From the NCBI GenBank assembly GCA_964416155.1, contig CAYQCW010000005.1, positions 1 through 64,000 of the forward strand: a stretch of DNA of 64,000 bases, written 5' to 3'. Positions 9,993 to 20,079 of the stretch are shown in pieces (the first letter of the stretch is position 1; each line of letters starts with the position of its first letter). The stretch is from an uncultured Nitrososphaerota archaeon (GTDB lineage Archaea; Thermoproteota; EX4484-205; JAAOZP01). The notes beneath the pieces are model-generated. The model had not been told where the DNA came from and did no database searches. It saw only the letters and a list, made by a program, of their open reading frames with translations. The translations under genes and the position numbers were made by a program.

Positions 9993-10361
9993 ATGGGGAG
10001 CTTAGAACACCACCGCAGACTTTCTAAAGAGAAAAAAGACGCGTCTTTTGAAGAGTATGAGAAGAAAAGGTATACTGTTGTCGGAGACTTGGCGATTAAG
10101 GCTGTGGAGCAAGCCATAGAAGCTCTGGCTTCTCTCGACGGCCTGCACTTCCACATAAGTCCCAGGAGTGCGCATGCTAACAGAATATCGTGGGTGAAGA
10201 GAAAATTCCCGGAACTCTCGGGCCATGTAGATATGCTCTGGGGTGCGTACGGTATGCTTGGCTACGAGGGGGTCGACGGCGAGAGAGCTGGAAAAGTTTT
10301 GGAGGCTATGGAGGCTATTCTTAATGGTTTTGAAGAGAAGACTGGAGTACGATTTAAGTAG
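9993..10361 (+). CDS. HEPN-like protein
   Basis: Helical 122-aa protein (VGDLAIKAVEQAIEALA...RSAH) overlapping an MNT gene. Confidence 0.65.
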   Translation: MGSLEHHRRLSKEKKDASFEEYEKKRYTVVGDLAIKAVEQAIEALASLDGLHFHISPRSAHANRISWVKRKFPELSGHVDMLWGAYGMLGYEGVDGERAGKVLEAMEAILNGFEEKTGVRFK

Positions 10362-10947
10362 CTTAACCGAGGAGGTTTCCTCGATCAACGAGGTTATCGC
10401 AATAATACTTTTCGGCAGTGTTGCAAGGGGAGACTATGATGAGTATTCTGACTATGATCTGCTCGTAGTGTTCAAGGACAGGGAGAGCATGTGGCGGAGG
10501 TGGGATGAGCTTTTCCAGAAGGTGGGGAGGTTAAACCTGCTTGTTCATCTTATCCCGAAAAGCCTCGACGAGTTCATCGGCGGCGAGCCGACCTTCCTAG
10601 GGGAGGTTTTTAAACACGGTAAGCTTCTCTACTCAAAGTATCCGTTTCAATCTTTCCTGGTGCCATTTAACCTTAAACGCGTAATGCTCTTAACGTACAG
10701 CATGAGAAGGCTGAGGCAAGAGGATAAGATGAGGCTTCTCTACAAGCTTTATGGCAAGAAGGGAGCTAGAAATACGGGGCTCGTCAATAGGCTGGGCGGT
10801 TTAAAGATTGGCGAGGGATGCATAATCATGCTGGAAGAGAATGCTGAAACCATCTTGAAGGTGTTGAGGGAACATGGAGTTGAGGTGGAATCCTTCGATG
10901 CCTATGTTTCGGGGGCATGCTGGAACTCAACGAGAAGAAACCCGTAA
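10324..10947 (+). CDS. MNT nucleotidyltransferase with extra C-terminal domain
   Basis: IILFGSVARGDYDEYSDYDLL motif. ATG 10324 is a more plausible start than 10243. Confidence 0.85.
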   Translation: MVLKRRLEYDLSSLTEEVSSINEVIAIILFGSVARGDYDEYSDYDLLVVFKDRESMWRRWDELFQKVGRLNLLVHLIPKSLDEFIGGEPTFLGEVFKHGKLLYSKYPFQSFLVPFNLKRVMLLTYSMRRLRQEDKMRLLYKLYGKKGARNTGLVNRLGGLKIGEGCIIMLEENAETILKVLREHGVEVESFDAYVSGACWNSTRRNP

Positions 10948-10986
10948 GGATTATTGGAAATTTAGTACCCGGTTGAACCGTCTCCA

Positions 10987-11646
10987 CTATAGGATTATTG
11001 AAAGTATTTCGGATAGCTCATTTATTATGAAATCCGGCTTAACTGCTTCAAGCTCAGACTTAGGCCTTACGCTTCTTAATACTGCTACCGTGTACGTGCC
11101 TGCAGCCCTCCCGGCTTCAATGTCCTCCGGCCTGTCCCCGATCATCGCAGACTCCTCCGGCTTCACATTTAGCATTTTAACAGCCTTCAGAACAGGCTCG
11201 GGCGCTGGTTTAGGCTTCTCAGCGTCTCCGGCGGAAACAGCAACGTTGAAGAAACCCCTTATTTTGAAGCTGTTCAAGTAGTTCGGCAACTCCTCCCTGC
11301 TCGTGTTCGACACTACTCCAAGCAGGTAGCCCCTCCTCTTCAGCTCTCCAATCGTCTCCAGAGCATCAGGATAGAGCCTGCCGTATTTAGGCATATAGGT
11401 GTAAATCCATTCTCTAATCATCATCGTTGAAAACTCCTCTAAGTTCATGTTTAAGCCTGTTTCTCTAGCAATTGTCTCGGCTATTGTTCTCGAAGTCTTC
11501 CCGACAAGCCTAGCGTTCTCAGTGAAGCTTCTCTCAGGCATGTTGAACCTCCTCAAAATATCGTTAACCATGATGTGAAACGCTTCGAATGTTTCGACCA
11601 AGGTTCCGTCCAGGTCGAACAGCACCGCTCTAACCTTAAGACGCAT
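10987..11646 (-). CDS. HAD-superfamily hydrolase (phosphoglycolate phosphatase-like)
   Basis: FDLDGTL motif I, VSN, KPKPAP and MIGDRPED motifs. Confidence 0.92.
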   Translation of the reverse strand: MRLKVRAVLFDLDGTLVETFEAFHIMVNDILRRFNMPERSFTENARLVGKTSRTIAETIARETGLNMNLEEFSTMMIREWIYTYMPKYGRLYPDALETIGELKRRGYLLGVVSNTSREELPNYLNSFKIRGFFNVAVSAGDAEKPKPAPEPVLKAVKMLNVKPEESAMIGDRPEDIEAGRAAGTYTVAVLRSVRPKSELEAVKPDFIINELSEILSIIL

Positions 11647-11850
11647 ATGAAGGGGGTTTAGAGAACGGTTTTTAAACTTGTATAGAAAAATTGTGGAAAA
11701 ACGGGCATGTAAATTAGCCTGAAGCAGGGGCTGAGCTAAATACTTTGAGGAAGCCTGACGGTCTGCACGCTAATTTTCCGCAGCTTGGAGGATTAACGTG
11801 GGGAAACTTTAAAGAAAAACTTATTTAGTTTCAAAACCTTTTAAAGGCAA

Positions 11851-12981
11851 ATGAAGGCGAGTGGAGAAGTTTTCAGGAAGCTTGAGGAAGAGTACTCCGG
11901 GTATCTGGAGGGTGAAACGGTGGACAGGTTTTTCGAAGACTTTAGAATAAGGTTTGCAGCCGGTCACTGGGCTGCTGGCGACTTCCTAGACAGGTTCGCC
12001 ACCAGAGGTTATAACAGTGACAATCCTGATTTCAAGAGCGACATTATTTCTCAGCTCAGAAGGGTTAAGAAGGCCGGGGTCAAAGGGGTTGAGTTTCACG
12101 ACGTGCTCTTCATAGATTCAAACTACAGGAAGGTTGAGAGCATTGTCAGCGAGGTTAAGGCTGAGCTTGAAAAACTGGGTTTGACGCCTACGAACATGAA
12201 CACGAATCTTTGGACGGATCCTAAGTGGAAGCTCGGCGGAATAACGAACCCCTCTAGGAGGATTAGGGAGGATGCTCTTCAAATAGCTTTCCAGGCTGTT
12301 GAGCTGGCTAAGGAGATCGGATGCAGCAGCGTCTCCCTTTGGCCCGGGGCCGACGGCTGGGATTATAATTTTGAGGTTAACTATGGGAAGCAGCTTGAAC
12401 TTTTCATAGATGGCTGCGAGATGATAAACAGGGAGGCTAAAAGGGCTGGCCTAGTGTTCGGCGTGGAGGCTAAGCTCCATGAGCCCAGGGAGGGGAACAT
12501 GGTGATTCCGACGACCCATCTGGCAGCCCTGGTGGCGAAGACTGTTAACGAGAGGAGCGGCGGGACTAACATGGGTGTTTGCATCGACTACGGGCATGAG
12601 GCCATGTATGCTGTTGAGCCCGCCGCCACGGTTTACGCTCTGAAGGCCTTCGGAGTTCCGCTCGTCAACTTCCACCTCAACACGGCCAAGTTGCACAGCA
12701 ACGATGAAGACCGAGTTTTCGGCACCGGGGACATCTGGAGGATGGTCGACTTCATATATGCTGCGGTCGATACTGGTTACGATGGTTGGTTCGGCGAGGA
12801 CCAGTTCACCTACAGGATGGACCCTGTGAAAGCCATGTATTTATCCAAGGAGCTTTTCGCAAACCTGGCGAAAAAAGCCCTGTTAATATACAGTAGGAGA
12901 GAAGAGTTTGAAAAGATTAGGGAAACCGGGGACCAGGCTGAAATAATTAATTTCGTTAAGAAAATAATTTTAACAGCCTGA
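11851..12981 (+). CDS. Xylose-isomerase-family sugar isomerase (TIM barrel)
   Basis: VEFHD, LWPGADG, EAKLHEPRE, DYGH, FHLN, DED metal-binding motifs. Confidence 0.85.
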   Translation: MKASGEVFRKLEEEYSGYLEGETVDRFFEDFRIRFAAGHWAAGDFLDRFATRGYNSDNPDFKSDIISQLRRVKKAGVKGVEFHDVLFIDSNYRKVESIVSEVKAELEKLGLTPTNMNTNLWTDPKWKLGGITNPSRRIREDALQIAFQAVELAKEIGCSSVSLWPGADGWDYNFEVNYGKQLELFIDGCEMINREAKRAGLVFGVEAKLHEPREGNMVIPTTHLAALVAKTVNERSGGTNMGVCIDYGHEAMYAVEPAATVYALKAFGVPLVNFHLNTAKLHSNDEDRVFGTGDIWRMVDFIYAAVDTGYDGWFGEDQFTYRMDPVKAMYLSKELFANLAKKALLIYSRREEFEKIRETGDQAEIINFVKKIILTA

Positions 12982-13176
12982 AATAATCAATAGCCTGTCA
13001 TCTAAGCGTGGAACATACTTGACGCTTCAAAAACTAAGGCTGCGTGGACAATAGAATTACTGTTAAGGATGAACACGGCTATACCGATCATTATACTAAT
13101 ATAGATTTTAGTGTCGCTTCGTGCACTACGATAAATTTAAAAGTTGTTAACGCATTCTAGTCAAGGTGTGTTAAGG

Positions 13177-14721
13177 TTGGGAGGGTTCCTTCTCGGTTCA
13201 GACATAGGGACTTCTGCGACGAAAACAATACTTGTCGACACGGAGGGCAGGGAGGTTGCCAGCTCAACAGTCGAGTACGGCGTAATAACTCTTAAAACAG
13301 GCTGGGCTGAACAGTGGCCCGACGTCTGGTTTCAAGCATTATGTCAGACCATTAAGGAAGTTGTGAAGAAGGCGTCGATCGACCCGCGTGACATAGCCGG
13401 ATACTGTGTGAGCAGCCTCTACGGCGGCTCAGGGATACCGTGCGATAGGGAGATGAATCCTCTTAGACCATGCTTAATATGGGCTGACAGGAGGGCTACT
13501 GAGGAATGCAGGTGGATCAGGGAGAACATAGGGGAGGAAAGGGTTTTCAAAGAAACCTGCAACACGATAGACCCATACTACGGTTATACTAAGATGCTCT
13601 GGATAAAGAGGAATGAGCCGCAGGTTTGGAGCAGGATCCACCAGCTGGTCACGCCTAACGCCTACTGCGTATACAGGCTCACCGGGGAAATATCGGTTGA
13701 CTATTCTTCAATAGGCAACTACGGGGGGATTTTCAACCCTAAGGAGAGAAGGTTCGCCGAGGAGCTGATGAGAGATCTGGGAATACCTAGGAGCTTTTTC
13801 CCGGAGAAGGTAAGCATGTCTAAGGATGTTGTCGGCGAGGTTGCTTCGCAGGGCGCTGAGCAAAGCGGCCTCGCCGAGGGTACTCCTGTCTGCGCCGGTG
13901 GGATAGACGCGCCTATGTCCGCTCTAGGGGTCGGGGCACTCGGCGACGGCGAGCTCGCGATGATGCTCGGCACCTCTGTCTGCAACGGTTTCATCCAGGA
14001 TGAGCCCAGGTTCTCCCCGAAGCTCATAAACTACTCCCATGTGGCGTACGACGATAGGAAGTTCTATTCTTTCGCCGGAATCATAACCGCGGGCTACGCG
14101 ATCAGGTGGTTCAGGGACAATCTTGGAAGCGTTGAAAGCATGCTTGCGAGAGAAACTGGTTTAAGCGCCTACAGCATCCTGGACATGGAGGCTGAAAGGG
14201 TTCCGGCTGGCTCCGACGGATTGATATTCCTGCCGCACATGATGGTTGGAGAGAGAGCCCCGTGGTGGGACGAGTATGTTAGAGGGGTTTTCTTCGGCTT
14301 AAAGCTTAACCATACTAAGGCCCACATGTACAGGGCTATTCTGGAGGGCATCGCGTACGCCATAAGATACTGTGTTGAAACAGCTGTAGAAACCGGGATC
14401 CCTCTGAGGAGAGCGATACTTGTCAACGGTGGAGCAAGGTCAAGAGTCTGGAGGAGGATTATAACAGACGTTTTAAACAGGGATGTGGAATACTTGGCTG
14501 CAAGCATAGGCGCGCCCTACGGCGACGCCCTGCTCGCAGGAGTTGGAACCGGAACTCTTAAGGGGTATGAGGTTATAAACGAATGGTTGACGAGCAGCGA
14601 GACAATTAAGCCGGTTCAAGAGGCATCTTCAAAATACGGGCAGCTGTACAGGATCTATAAGAGTCTCTATGAGGCCCTCAGAGAGGATTTCAAGGAACTG
14701 AAGAGGCTTGAGGCACAGTAG
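13177..14721 (+). CDS. FGGY-family carbohydrate kinase (xylulokinase-like)
   Basis: GSDIGTSATK, WADRRA, GGIDA, GERAPWWD, NGGARS motifs. TTG start after an AAGGTG RBS. Confidence 0.92.
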   Translation: MGGFLLGSDIGTSATKTILVDTEGREVASSTVEYGVITLKTGWAEQWPDVWFQALCQTIKEVVKKASIDPRDIAGYCVSSLYGGSGIPCDREMNPLRPCLIWADRRATEECRWIRENIGEERVFKETCNTIDPYYGYTKMLWIKRNEPQVWSRIHQLVTPNAYCVYRLTGEISVDYSSIGNYGGIFNPKERRFAEELMRDLGIPRSFFPEKVSMSKDVVGEVASQGAEQSGLAEGTPVCAGGIDAPMSALGVGALGDGELAMMLGTSVCNGFIQDEPRFSPKLINYSHVAYDDRKFYSFAGIITAGYAIRWFRDNLGSVESMLARETGLSAYSILDMEAERVPAGSDGLIFLPHMMVGERAPWWDEYVRGVFFGLKLNHTKAHMYRAILEGIAYAIRYCVETAVETGIPLRRAILVNGGARSRVWRRIITDVLNRDVEYLAASIGAPYGDALLAGVGTGTLKGYEVINEWLTSSETIKPVQEASSKYGQLYRIYKSLYEALREDFKELKRLEAQ

Positions 14722-14795
14722 CTGCTACTCATCAGGCTAAGCAGTCGAAGAGCACGCTAAGATTAGCGCGGAACCTTCAAGCCTCATAGAAAGGG

Positions 14796-15548
14796 TCACC
14801 AGTTTTTCGCTAAGCTCCTCCTGTACGCCTCTGCCTGAAGCCTCCGTATGGCTTCAGCCTGCTCAGCCGAAAGGGATTCAGGCTTCCCGCCTGGTTTAAT
14901 CAGACCAGCCAGAATCCAGGAGAACACGGTGATCTTAGCGCTCTCCTCCATTATCTCCAGCCTGTAGTATGCTTCTCTAAGCGAAGAGCCGAGGGTGATT
15001 ACCCCATGGTTCTTCAAAAGCATGCAGTCATGGGTTCTCGCAGCCTCCCCGGCTGCTTCAGCAAGCTCCTGCGAGCCAGGCGGGTAGAACGGCAGGTTTG
15101 CAATCTTCTCCAGAAAAACCGCGTGATCAGGGTAGAGGGGAGTATTCAGGTTAAGCCCAACAGTTGTCAAGGCTATGCAGAAAGGAGGGTGGGCATGTAT
15201 AACAGCGTTAACATCGTCTCTAGCCAGGTGGCAGCTTGCTAGAACCCCCGCCTCCATGGAGGGCTTTAAAACTCCTTTCATCACCCTAAGCGTCTTCAAT
15301 TCTACTTCTACAAAGTCCTCCGGCTTAAGCTCCCCAAGGTTGAAGCCACTCGGCTTAACGAGTATTGTTCCCCCATGGTTCAGCCTAGCGCTTAACGTTC
15401 CACCGGGTCCAGTGGCCAGCTTAGCTGCGTATATGGCATGCGAGTAGTCGCTGAGCATTTTCCTCAGCTCTTCCTCGGACAAAGTAGTGTTGCACTGCAA
15501 CCCTGATGTTGCATCCAACTCTTTAAATAAAAACATTTTGCATCTCAA
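14796..15548 (-). CDS. Class II aldolase/epimerase (fuculose-1-P aldolase / adducin family); true start probably 15500 or 15482
   Basis: GGTLSAR, KPSMEAG, VIHAHPP, LLKNHGV motifs. Confidence 0.88.
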   Translation of the reverse strand: MRCKMFLFKELDATSGLQCNTTLSEEELRKMLSDYSHAIYAAKLATGPGGTLSARLNHGGTILVKPSGFNLGELKPEDFVEVELKTLRVMKGVLKPSMEAGVLASCHLARDDVNAVIHAHPPFCIALTTVGLNLNTPLYPDHAVFLEKIANLPFYPPGSQELAEAAGEAARTHDCMLLKNHGVITLGSSLREAYYRLEIMEESAKITVFSWILAGLIKPGGKPESLSAEQAEAIRRLQAEAYRRSLAKNW

Positions 15549-15717
15549 CCGGGAAACGCGAATAGAAACGGTTATACTAGTGCTTGTGCCCTATCTAGTG
15601 TCATTATTCTCATGATCTTCACTGTTGGCTGAAGCAAAGCAAAGGATTGTTAACAACCTGACAGCTATTAACATTGGGAAAGAAGGGTGGGAAGAACACT
15701 CGGGACCATACATAGAG

Positions 15718-16767
15718 TTAACCGTGTTTCAGAGAACCTACGGCCTGCCTTGCTTTGCCTTCTTCGTCGAATAAAGACATTGGCCCCCAGCCGAAGTTCA
15801 AGGGCATTTCGGGAGGCGTGTTTAACCGATTCACCATCCCCTTAGTAAGATAAAGCTCAGGGCTCCAGTAGAACGCGCCAAGGAACCCCAGCTCCGAGCA
15901 GTGCTTTAAAAAATCCTTTATCCAAAGCGCTTGGCCCCCTACTGTTAGAGGATAGCCCGACGAGGGTTTACCCATAAACCAGAACTGGCCACTGGGCGCT
16001 TTACAGGGATAGGCATACTCGGCGATGGCCACAGCTTTTCCATTGCACTCTCCAAGTGTTTTCAAACTCCTTAAGTGATCTAGGCTGAGCCCCATTCCAG
16101 TCGGATAGAAAGAGAAGCAAACAATATCGTAGTTAACATTGAGCTCATTCATCGTTGAAATGAAAGACTCTAAGAGTGTAAGATCCCAGCTTTTCCCCAG
16201 GTGTAATGCTACGGGCTTATCGCTGTAAGCCCTAAGCGCTTCAACAGCCTCCCTTAACACTAGAGCCTCCTTCAGCCATATATTGCGCTTAAGCCAGTTA
16301 ACGTTCTTCCGCATCCTCCTATGCCTGCTCCCAGCGAATACGCCACATATACCATAGTCAATCTCATTACCTATCTGATAGTACGCGCAATCATCCTCTG
16401 AGTTTCTCATGCTCTCCAGGACCTTAGAGATGTAGGGAGCCACAAGCTTCAACCTGGTTTCAAACTGGAGCGAAGCCCACGTCGCTGGTGCGGGCTGTTT
16501 AAACAGATCTGCCCAACTATCCGAGAGAAATATTGTCGGCTGAATCCTCATGCCGGCGCTCGATGCTTCTTCGGCCAGCCTTAAAGCATAGGGAAGCCGT
16601 GAGGGGCCAGAATCACCAAACCAGATTCGAATCCTTACGCAATTGACGCCTAAACCCTTGAAAAAGGAGAAGAAGTCATCCATCTCTTCGCCAGACTCGG
16701 TTTTCCACGTGAAGCCCAGCTCCTTCATTAACGGCACATAGTTACTATCTATACCGTTAAGAAACAT
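15718..16767 (-). CDS. Glycoside hydrolase family 53 (endo-1,4-beta-galactanase-like), no signal peptide
   Basis: GVNCVRIRIW, SDSWAD, QIGNEI (acid/base), SFYP, AEYAYP (nucleophile), GAFYWSP. Confidence 0.85.
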   Translation of the reverse strand: MFLNGIDSNYVPLMKELGFTWKTESGEEMDDFFSFFKGLGVNCVRIRIWFGDSGPSRLPYALRLAEEASSAGMRIQPTIFLSDSWADLFKQPAPATWASLQFETRLKLVAPYISKVLESMRNSEDDCAYYQIGNEIDYGICGVFAGSRHRRMRKNVNWLKRNIWLKEALVLREAVEALRAYSDKPVALHLGKSWDLTLLESFISTMNELNVNYDIVCFSFYPTGMGLSLDHLRSLKTLGECNGKAVAIAEYAYPCKAPSGQFWFMGKPSSGYPLTVGGQALWIKDFLKHCSELGFLGAFYWSPELYLTKGMVNRLNTPPEMPLNFGWGPMSLFDEEGKARQAVGSLKHG

Positions 16768-16944
16768 GCTTGAGCATGAATCTGATGGCTAAGCACGATT
16801 TAAGATTTAACAATGCCTTAAGACCGGGTGCGAATCGCTTCCGCATGTTTTTTTCAACCAGGGTTTAGTTACATACTCTGCTAGTTGGCGAGCGCTAAAA
16901 GACGCGGCGGTTATGGTTAAACAATCAAAATCTTTAAACGCGTT

Positions 16945-17919
16945 TCAAAGCTCCAGCCATGTTCCCACTCCTTTCTCCAGAGCCCTCCTATATATTTCAG
17001 GGGCCACCGCCATGTCCTCTAAAGCTAGTCCGAGGTTCATGGCCATTGTTCTCTCATCATCCCTCTCTCTTCCAGGCTTAAACCCGTTAACTATCTCCCC
17101 TAAGTCCGCGTAAGGGTCGGGTGTTGAACGGAAATACCCGATGCTCCTGTAGTGCTGGAACTGCACATGGTCATCCGTGCTTATCTTGTCGAATTGAGCA
17201 AGCGCGCGCGGCTTCCAGTAGCTGTCGAAGTCAACCGCGCTCGCGAAACCGCCTGGTTGAAGCCAGTCCCTGTCGATCGTCGGCCTAGGGTTCTTCAAAA
17301 TGGGGCCCGAGGTCACTACGATGTCGCTTTTAACCACGGCTTCCATAGGCTCTTTAACCCCGATTATCTCGAAGCCAAGCTTATCAGACATCTCTTTCAC
17401 GTATTTATCCTGCGCTTCCCTAGAAATATCGTAAGCGTAGGCACGTCTTATTTTAAACAGGGATGCTAAGGCCTCCAGGTTTGTACGCCCCTGCACGCCA
17501 CAAGCCAGTATTCCGACAGTATCACTATCCCGTCTGGCTAAGTATTTGGCTGACAGGGCTGTTGCGGCACCAGTCCGATAAGCAGTTATCCAAGTGCAGT
17601 CCATGACTGCGTAGGGCAGGCCTGTTTCAACATCGTTCAATATGAGAAGCCCACTTATATACGGGAGGCCATGCTTATAGTTCTCCGGATAACCGCTAAC
17701 CCATTTTATTCCGGCGGACCTCATCCCAGGGATGTAGGCAGGCATCGCGTGGATGAAGGCGTCTGGCTTCGTGTGGATACCGGGTTTGGGAGGCATTTCC
17801 ACGAGGCCCTGGCCCTTAAGGCTGAAGGCTTCCTCCAGAAGGCTGATTATGGTTTTCAAGTCAAGAGCTACTTTTTCAACGTCTGAACGTGACAAGTATA
17901 GTATTCTCCGAGAGCCCAT
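16945..17919 (-). CDS. Ornithine cyclodeaminase / mu-crystallin / alanine dehydrogenase family
   Basis: MPAY, GIKWV, ITAYRTGAA, ACGVQG, GLALED. Start reassigned to ATG 17919 because the longer ORF overlaps the fucosidase. Confidence 0.9.
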   Translation of the reverse strand: MGSRRILYLSRSDVEKVALDLKTIISLLEEAFSLKGQGLVEMPPKPGIHTKPDAFIHAMPAYIPGMRSAGIKWVSGYPENYKHGLPYISGLLILNDVETGLPYAVMDCTWITAYRTGAATALSAKYLARRDSDTVGILACGVQGRTNLEALASLFKIRRAYAYDISREAQDKYVKEMSDKLGFEIIGVKEPMEAVVKSDIVVTSGPILKNPRPTIDRDWLQPGGFASAVDFDSYWKPRALAQFDKISTDDHVQFQHYRSIGYFRSTPDPYADLGEIVNGFKPGRERDDERTMAMNLGLALEDMAVAPEIYRRALEKGVGTWLEL

Positions 17920-18027
17920 CAGCGTTCCGAATGGGTAGCGGGATAAAAACATTTTCACCCTTTTTACCAAAGTTGGCCTTAAATGGTTCAAGCAATACTT
18001 TTTTAAATAAGCAGGGAGCGTTAGACC

Positions 18028-18987
18028 ATGATGAGCAGTAGGGAGTCGCCAGTAGAATGGTTCAGGAACGCTAGGCTCGGAATATTCATACACTGGGGGA
18101 TCTACTCTATCCTTGGAAGAGGAGAATGGGTTATGCACAACGAGAAAATGAGCATCCAGGAGTACGAGAAGCTTGCGAATCGTTTCAACCCGGTGAGGTT
18201 TAACGCTGACGAGTGGGTGAGCGTTTTCAAGGAGGCTGGTGCTAAATACATAACTTTCACCACTAAGCATCACGACGGCTTCTGCATGTATGATTCTAGG
18301 CTTACAGACTACAAGGTTACCGGAACACCCTTCCGCAGGGATGTTTTAAGGGAGCTGGTTGAGGCCGCCGGGAGGGCGGGGCTTAAAGTGTTTTTCTACT
18401 ACTCCCTGCTAGACTGGCATCACCCTGATTACTATCCCTTGGGCGTAACCGGTCAATACGCTGGCAGGAAGCCGGGTGGAAACTGGAGCAAGTATCTAGA
18501 CTACTATATTGGCCAAGTCAGGGAGCTTTGCGAGAACTATGGTGTAGTTGGAGGATTCTGGTTCGACGGATGGTGGGACAAGCCTAACGCCGACTGGCGT
18601 TTAACAGATCTTTATGAAACCATACGCTCGCTCCAGCCTTCAGCCCTCATAGGCAATAATCATCACGTCGACCCATTCCCCGGCGAGGATTTCCAAATAT
18701 TCGAGCAGGATGCTCCAGGCGAGAACACAGCCGGGTTCAACGAGGCTAAGGTTTCAAACCTGCCCTTGGAAACCTGCCTGACCATCAACAACAGCTGGGG
18801 TTTCAACGAGAACGATAAAAACTACAAGTCCAGTGTAGAACTAATAGGGGTTTTGAAGAAGGTTAACGGGCTCGGTGCAAACCTTCTTTTAAACGTTGGG
18901 CCACTGCCGAGCGGTGAACTGGACCCGGAGCAGGCTAAGAGGCTTAGAGAAGTCGGTGCCTGGGTGAGGAGGAACTACGGGTTTTAA
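18028..18987 (+). CDS. Alpha-L-fucosidase, GH29
   Basis: GIFIHWG, TTKHHDGF, FWFDGWW, WGF, NLLLNVGP motifs. Confidence 0.93.
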   Translation: MMSSRESPVEWFRNARLGIFIHWGIYSILGRGEWVMHNEKMSIQEYEKLANRFNPVRFNADEWVSVFKEAGAKYITFTTKHHDGFCMYDSRLTDYKVTGTPFRRDVLRELVEAAGRAGLKVFFYYSLLDWHHPDYYPLGVTGQYAGRKPGGNWSKYLDYYIGQVRELCENYGVVGGFWFDGWWDKPNADWRLTDLYETIRSLQPSALIGNNHHVDPFPGEDFQIFEQDAPGENTAGFNEAKVSNLPLETCLTINNSWGFNENDKNYKSSVELIGVLKKVNGLGANLLLNVGPLPSGELDPEQAKRLREVGAWVRRNYGF

Positions 18988-19011
18988 ACAACCCATAAGG
19001 CCTGATGCCGG

Positions 19012-20001
19012 ATGCGTAAAACCCGGGCGACCCTCTTCTCAATAATTCTTTCAGCAGTCTTCTCATACGGGCTGCTCTACTCTACGCTTGAGCTCCCCGT
19101 CTTTTTGAACGGGCTGCTGATGGAGGCTACCCCACACTATGGTGCCGGCGAGTGGAAGGAGGCTGAACAATTCGTAGAAACCGTAAGACCCGTAGGCTAT
19201 CTTTGCCTAGGGGCCACCATAATCCTAATAATCCTCGGCTTCACACTCGGGAGATACAAGCTGAGCTTTCTGGGTTCAGTCAGCCTAATACTCCCAACGT
19301 TCAGCTATTTCGCCTCAGCCATGTTCTTCCTCACCGGAATAGGTTTTTTGAGGATCATATGGCTCCCCGTCATAGAGCTTTCACCAGGCTCCTCGATCTA
19401 CGAGAAGATAAGTGCGGCAAGCAGTATTCTCGAGCTTGGAGACATTGCTTACCTGCCTTACGACGCTTTAAGAATACTGTTAAGCCCTGCCGACGGGAGG
19501 AGCCTCGATGAAACGCTTTTCAAAACAATAGTTTTTGCAGCGTCAATACTGTTTTTCTCCGGCTGTGCAGCATGGTTCTACGCCAGGTTTCAGGGAAAGG
19601 GTTTCGCAGACACGCTGGTCTACAAGTATTCGAGACACCCTCAGTACTTAAGCTTCTTAGCCTGGAGCTACGGGCTTCTGGTTTACGACAAGTATGTTTT
19701 CACACCCCTTAGAGGAGGGTATTTCGCGCCGCCACCATTGTTCTGGGTTGCCGCAGCCCTGGTCCTCGTCGGGATAGCTCTACGCGAGGAGGAGAATATG
19801 CTTGGGAAACACGGCTCGGAATACGCTGACTACAGGGCTAGAACCCCCTTTATGCTCCCCTTAACCAAGCCTGTTGGCAGGGTGCTGAGGACACCGGTTA
19901 AGCTGTTTTTCAAAAAGGATTATCCTGAGAAAACGCTTGAGACAGTGGTGACGCTGAGTGTTTACGGATTAATCCTGCTGGTGCTTTCAGCCCTATATTA
20001 A
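19012..20001 (+). CDS. Membrane protein, isoprenylcysteine/phospholipid methyltransferase-like C-terminal domain
   Basis: Multiple TM helices, YKYSRHPQY and REEE...G..Y..YRARTP motifs. Confidence 0.75.
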   Translation: MRKTRATLFSIILSAVFSYGLLYSTLELPVFLNGLLMEATPHYGAGEWKEAEQFVETVRPVGYLCLGATIILIILGFTLGRYKLSFLGSVSLILPTFSYFASAMFFLTGIGFLRIIWLPVIELSPGSSIYEKISAASSILELGDIAYLPYDALRILLSPADGRSLDETLFKTIVFAASILFFSGCAAWFYARFQGKGFADTLVYKYSRHPQYLSFLAWSYGLLVYDKYVFTPLRGGYFAPPPLFWVAAALVLVGIALREEENMLGKHGSEYADYRARTPFMLPLTKPVGRVLRTPVKLFFKKDYPEKTLETVVTLSVYGLILLVLSALY

Positions 20002-20079
20002 AAAGTTTTCATTAAGACGATGTTTTCCGGTTGTCTTTAAACACTTTCTCCAAGCATAGTCTTTAAGACCGGCGGGTTG

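Noticed and set aside
17920-18273. 118-aa N-terminal extension of the ornithine cyclodeaminase ORF
   Set aside because: It overlaps the fucosidase on the opposite strand. Family similarity starts at ATG 17919, which has its own TATA-like element.
18028-18987. Possible programmed frameshift as in the Saccharolobus fucA fucosidase
   Set aside because: The reading frame is continuous and contains all GH29 core motifs.
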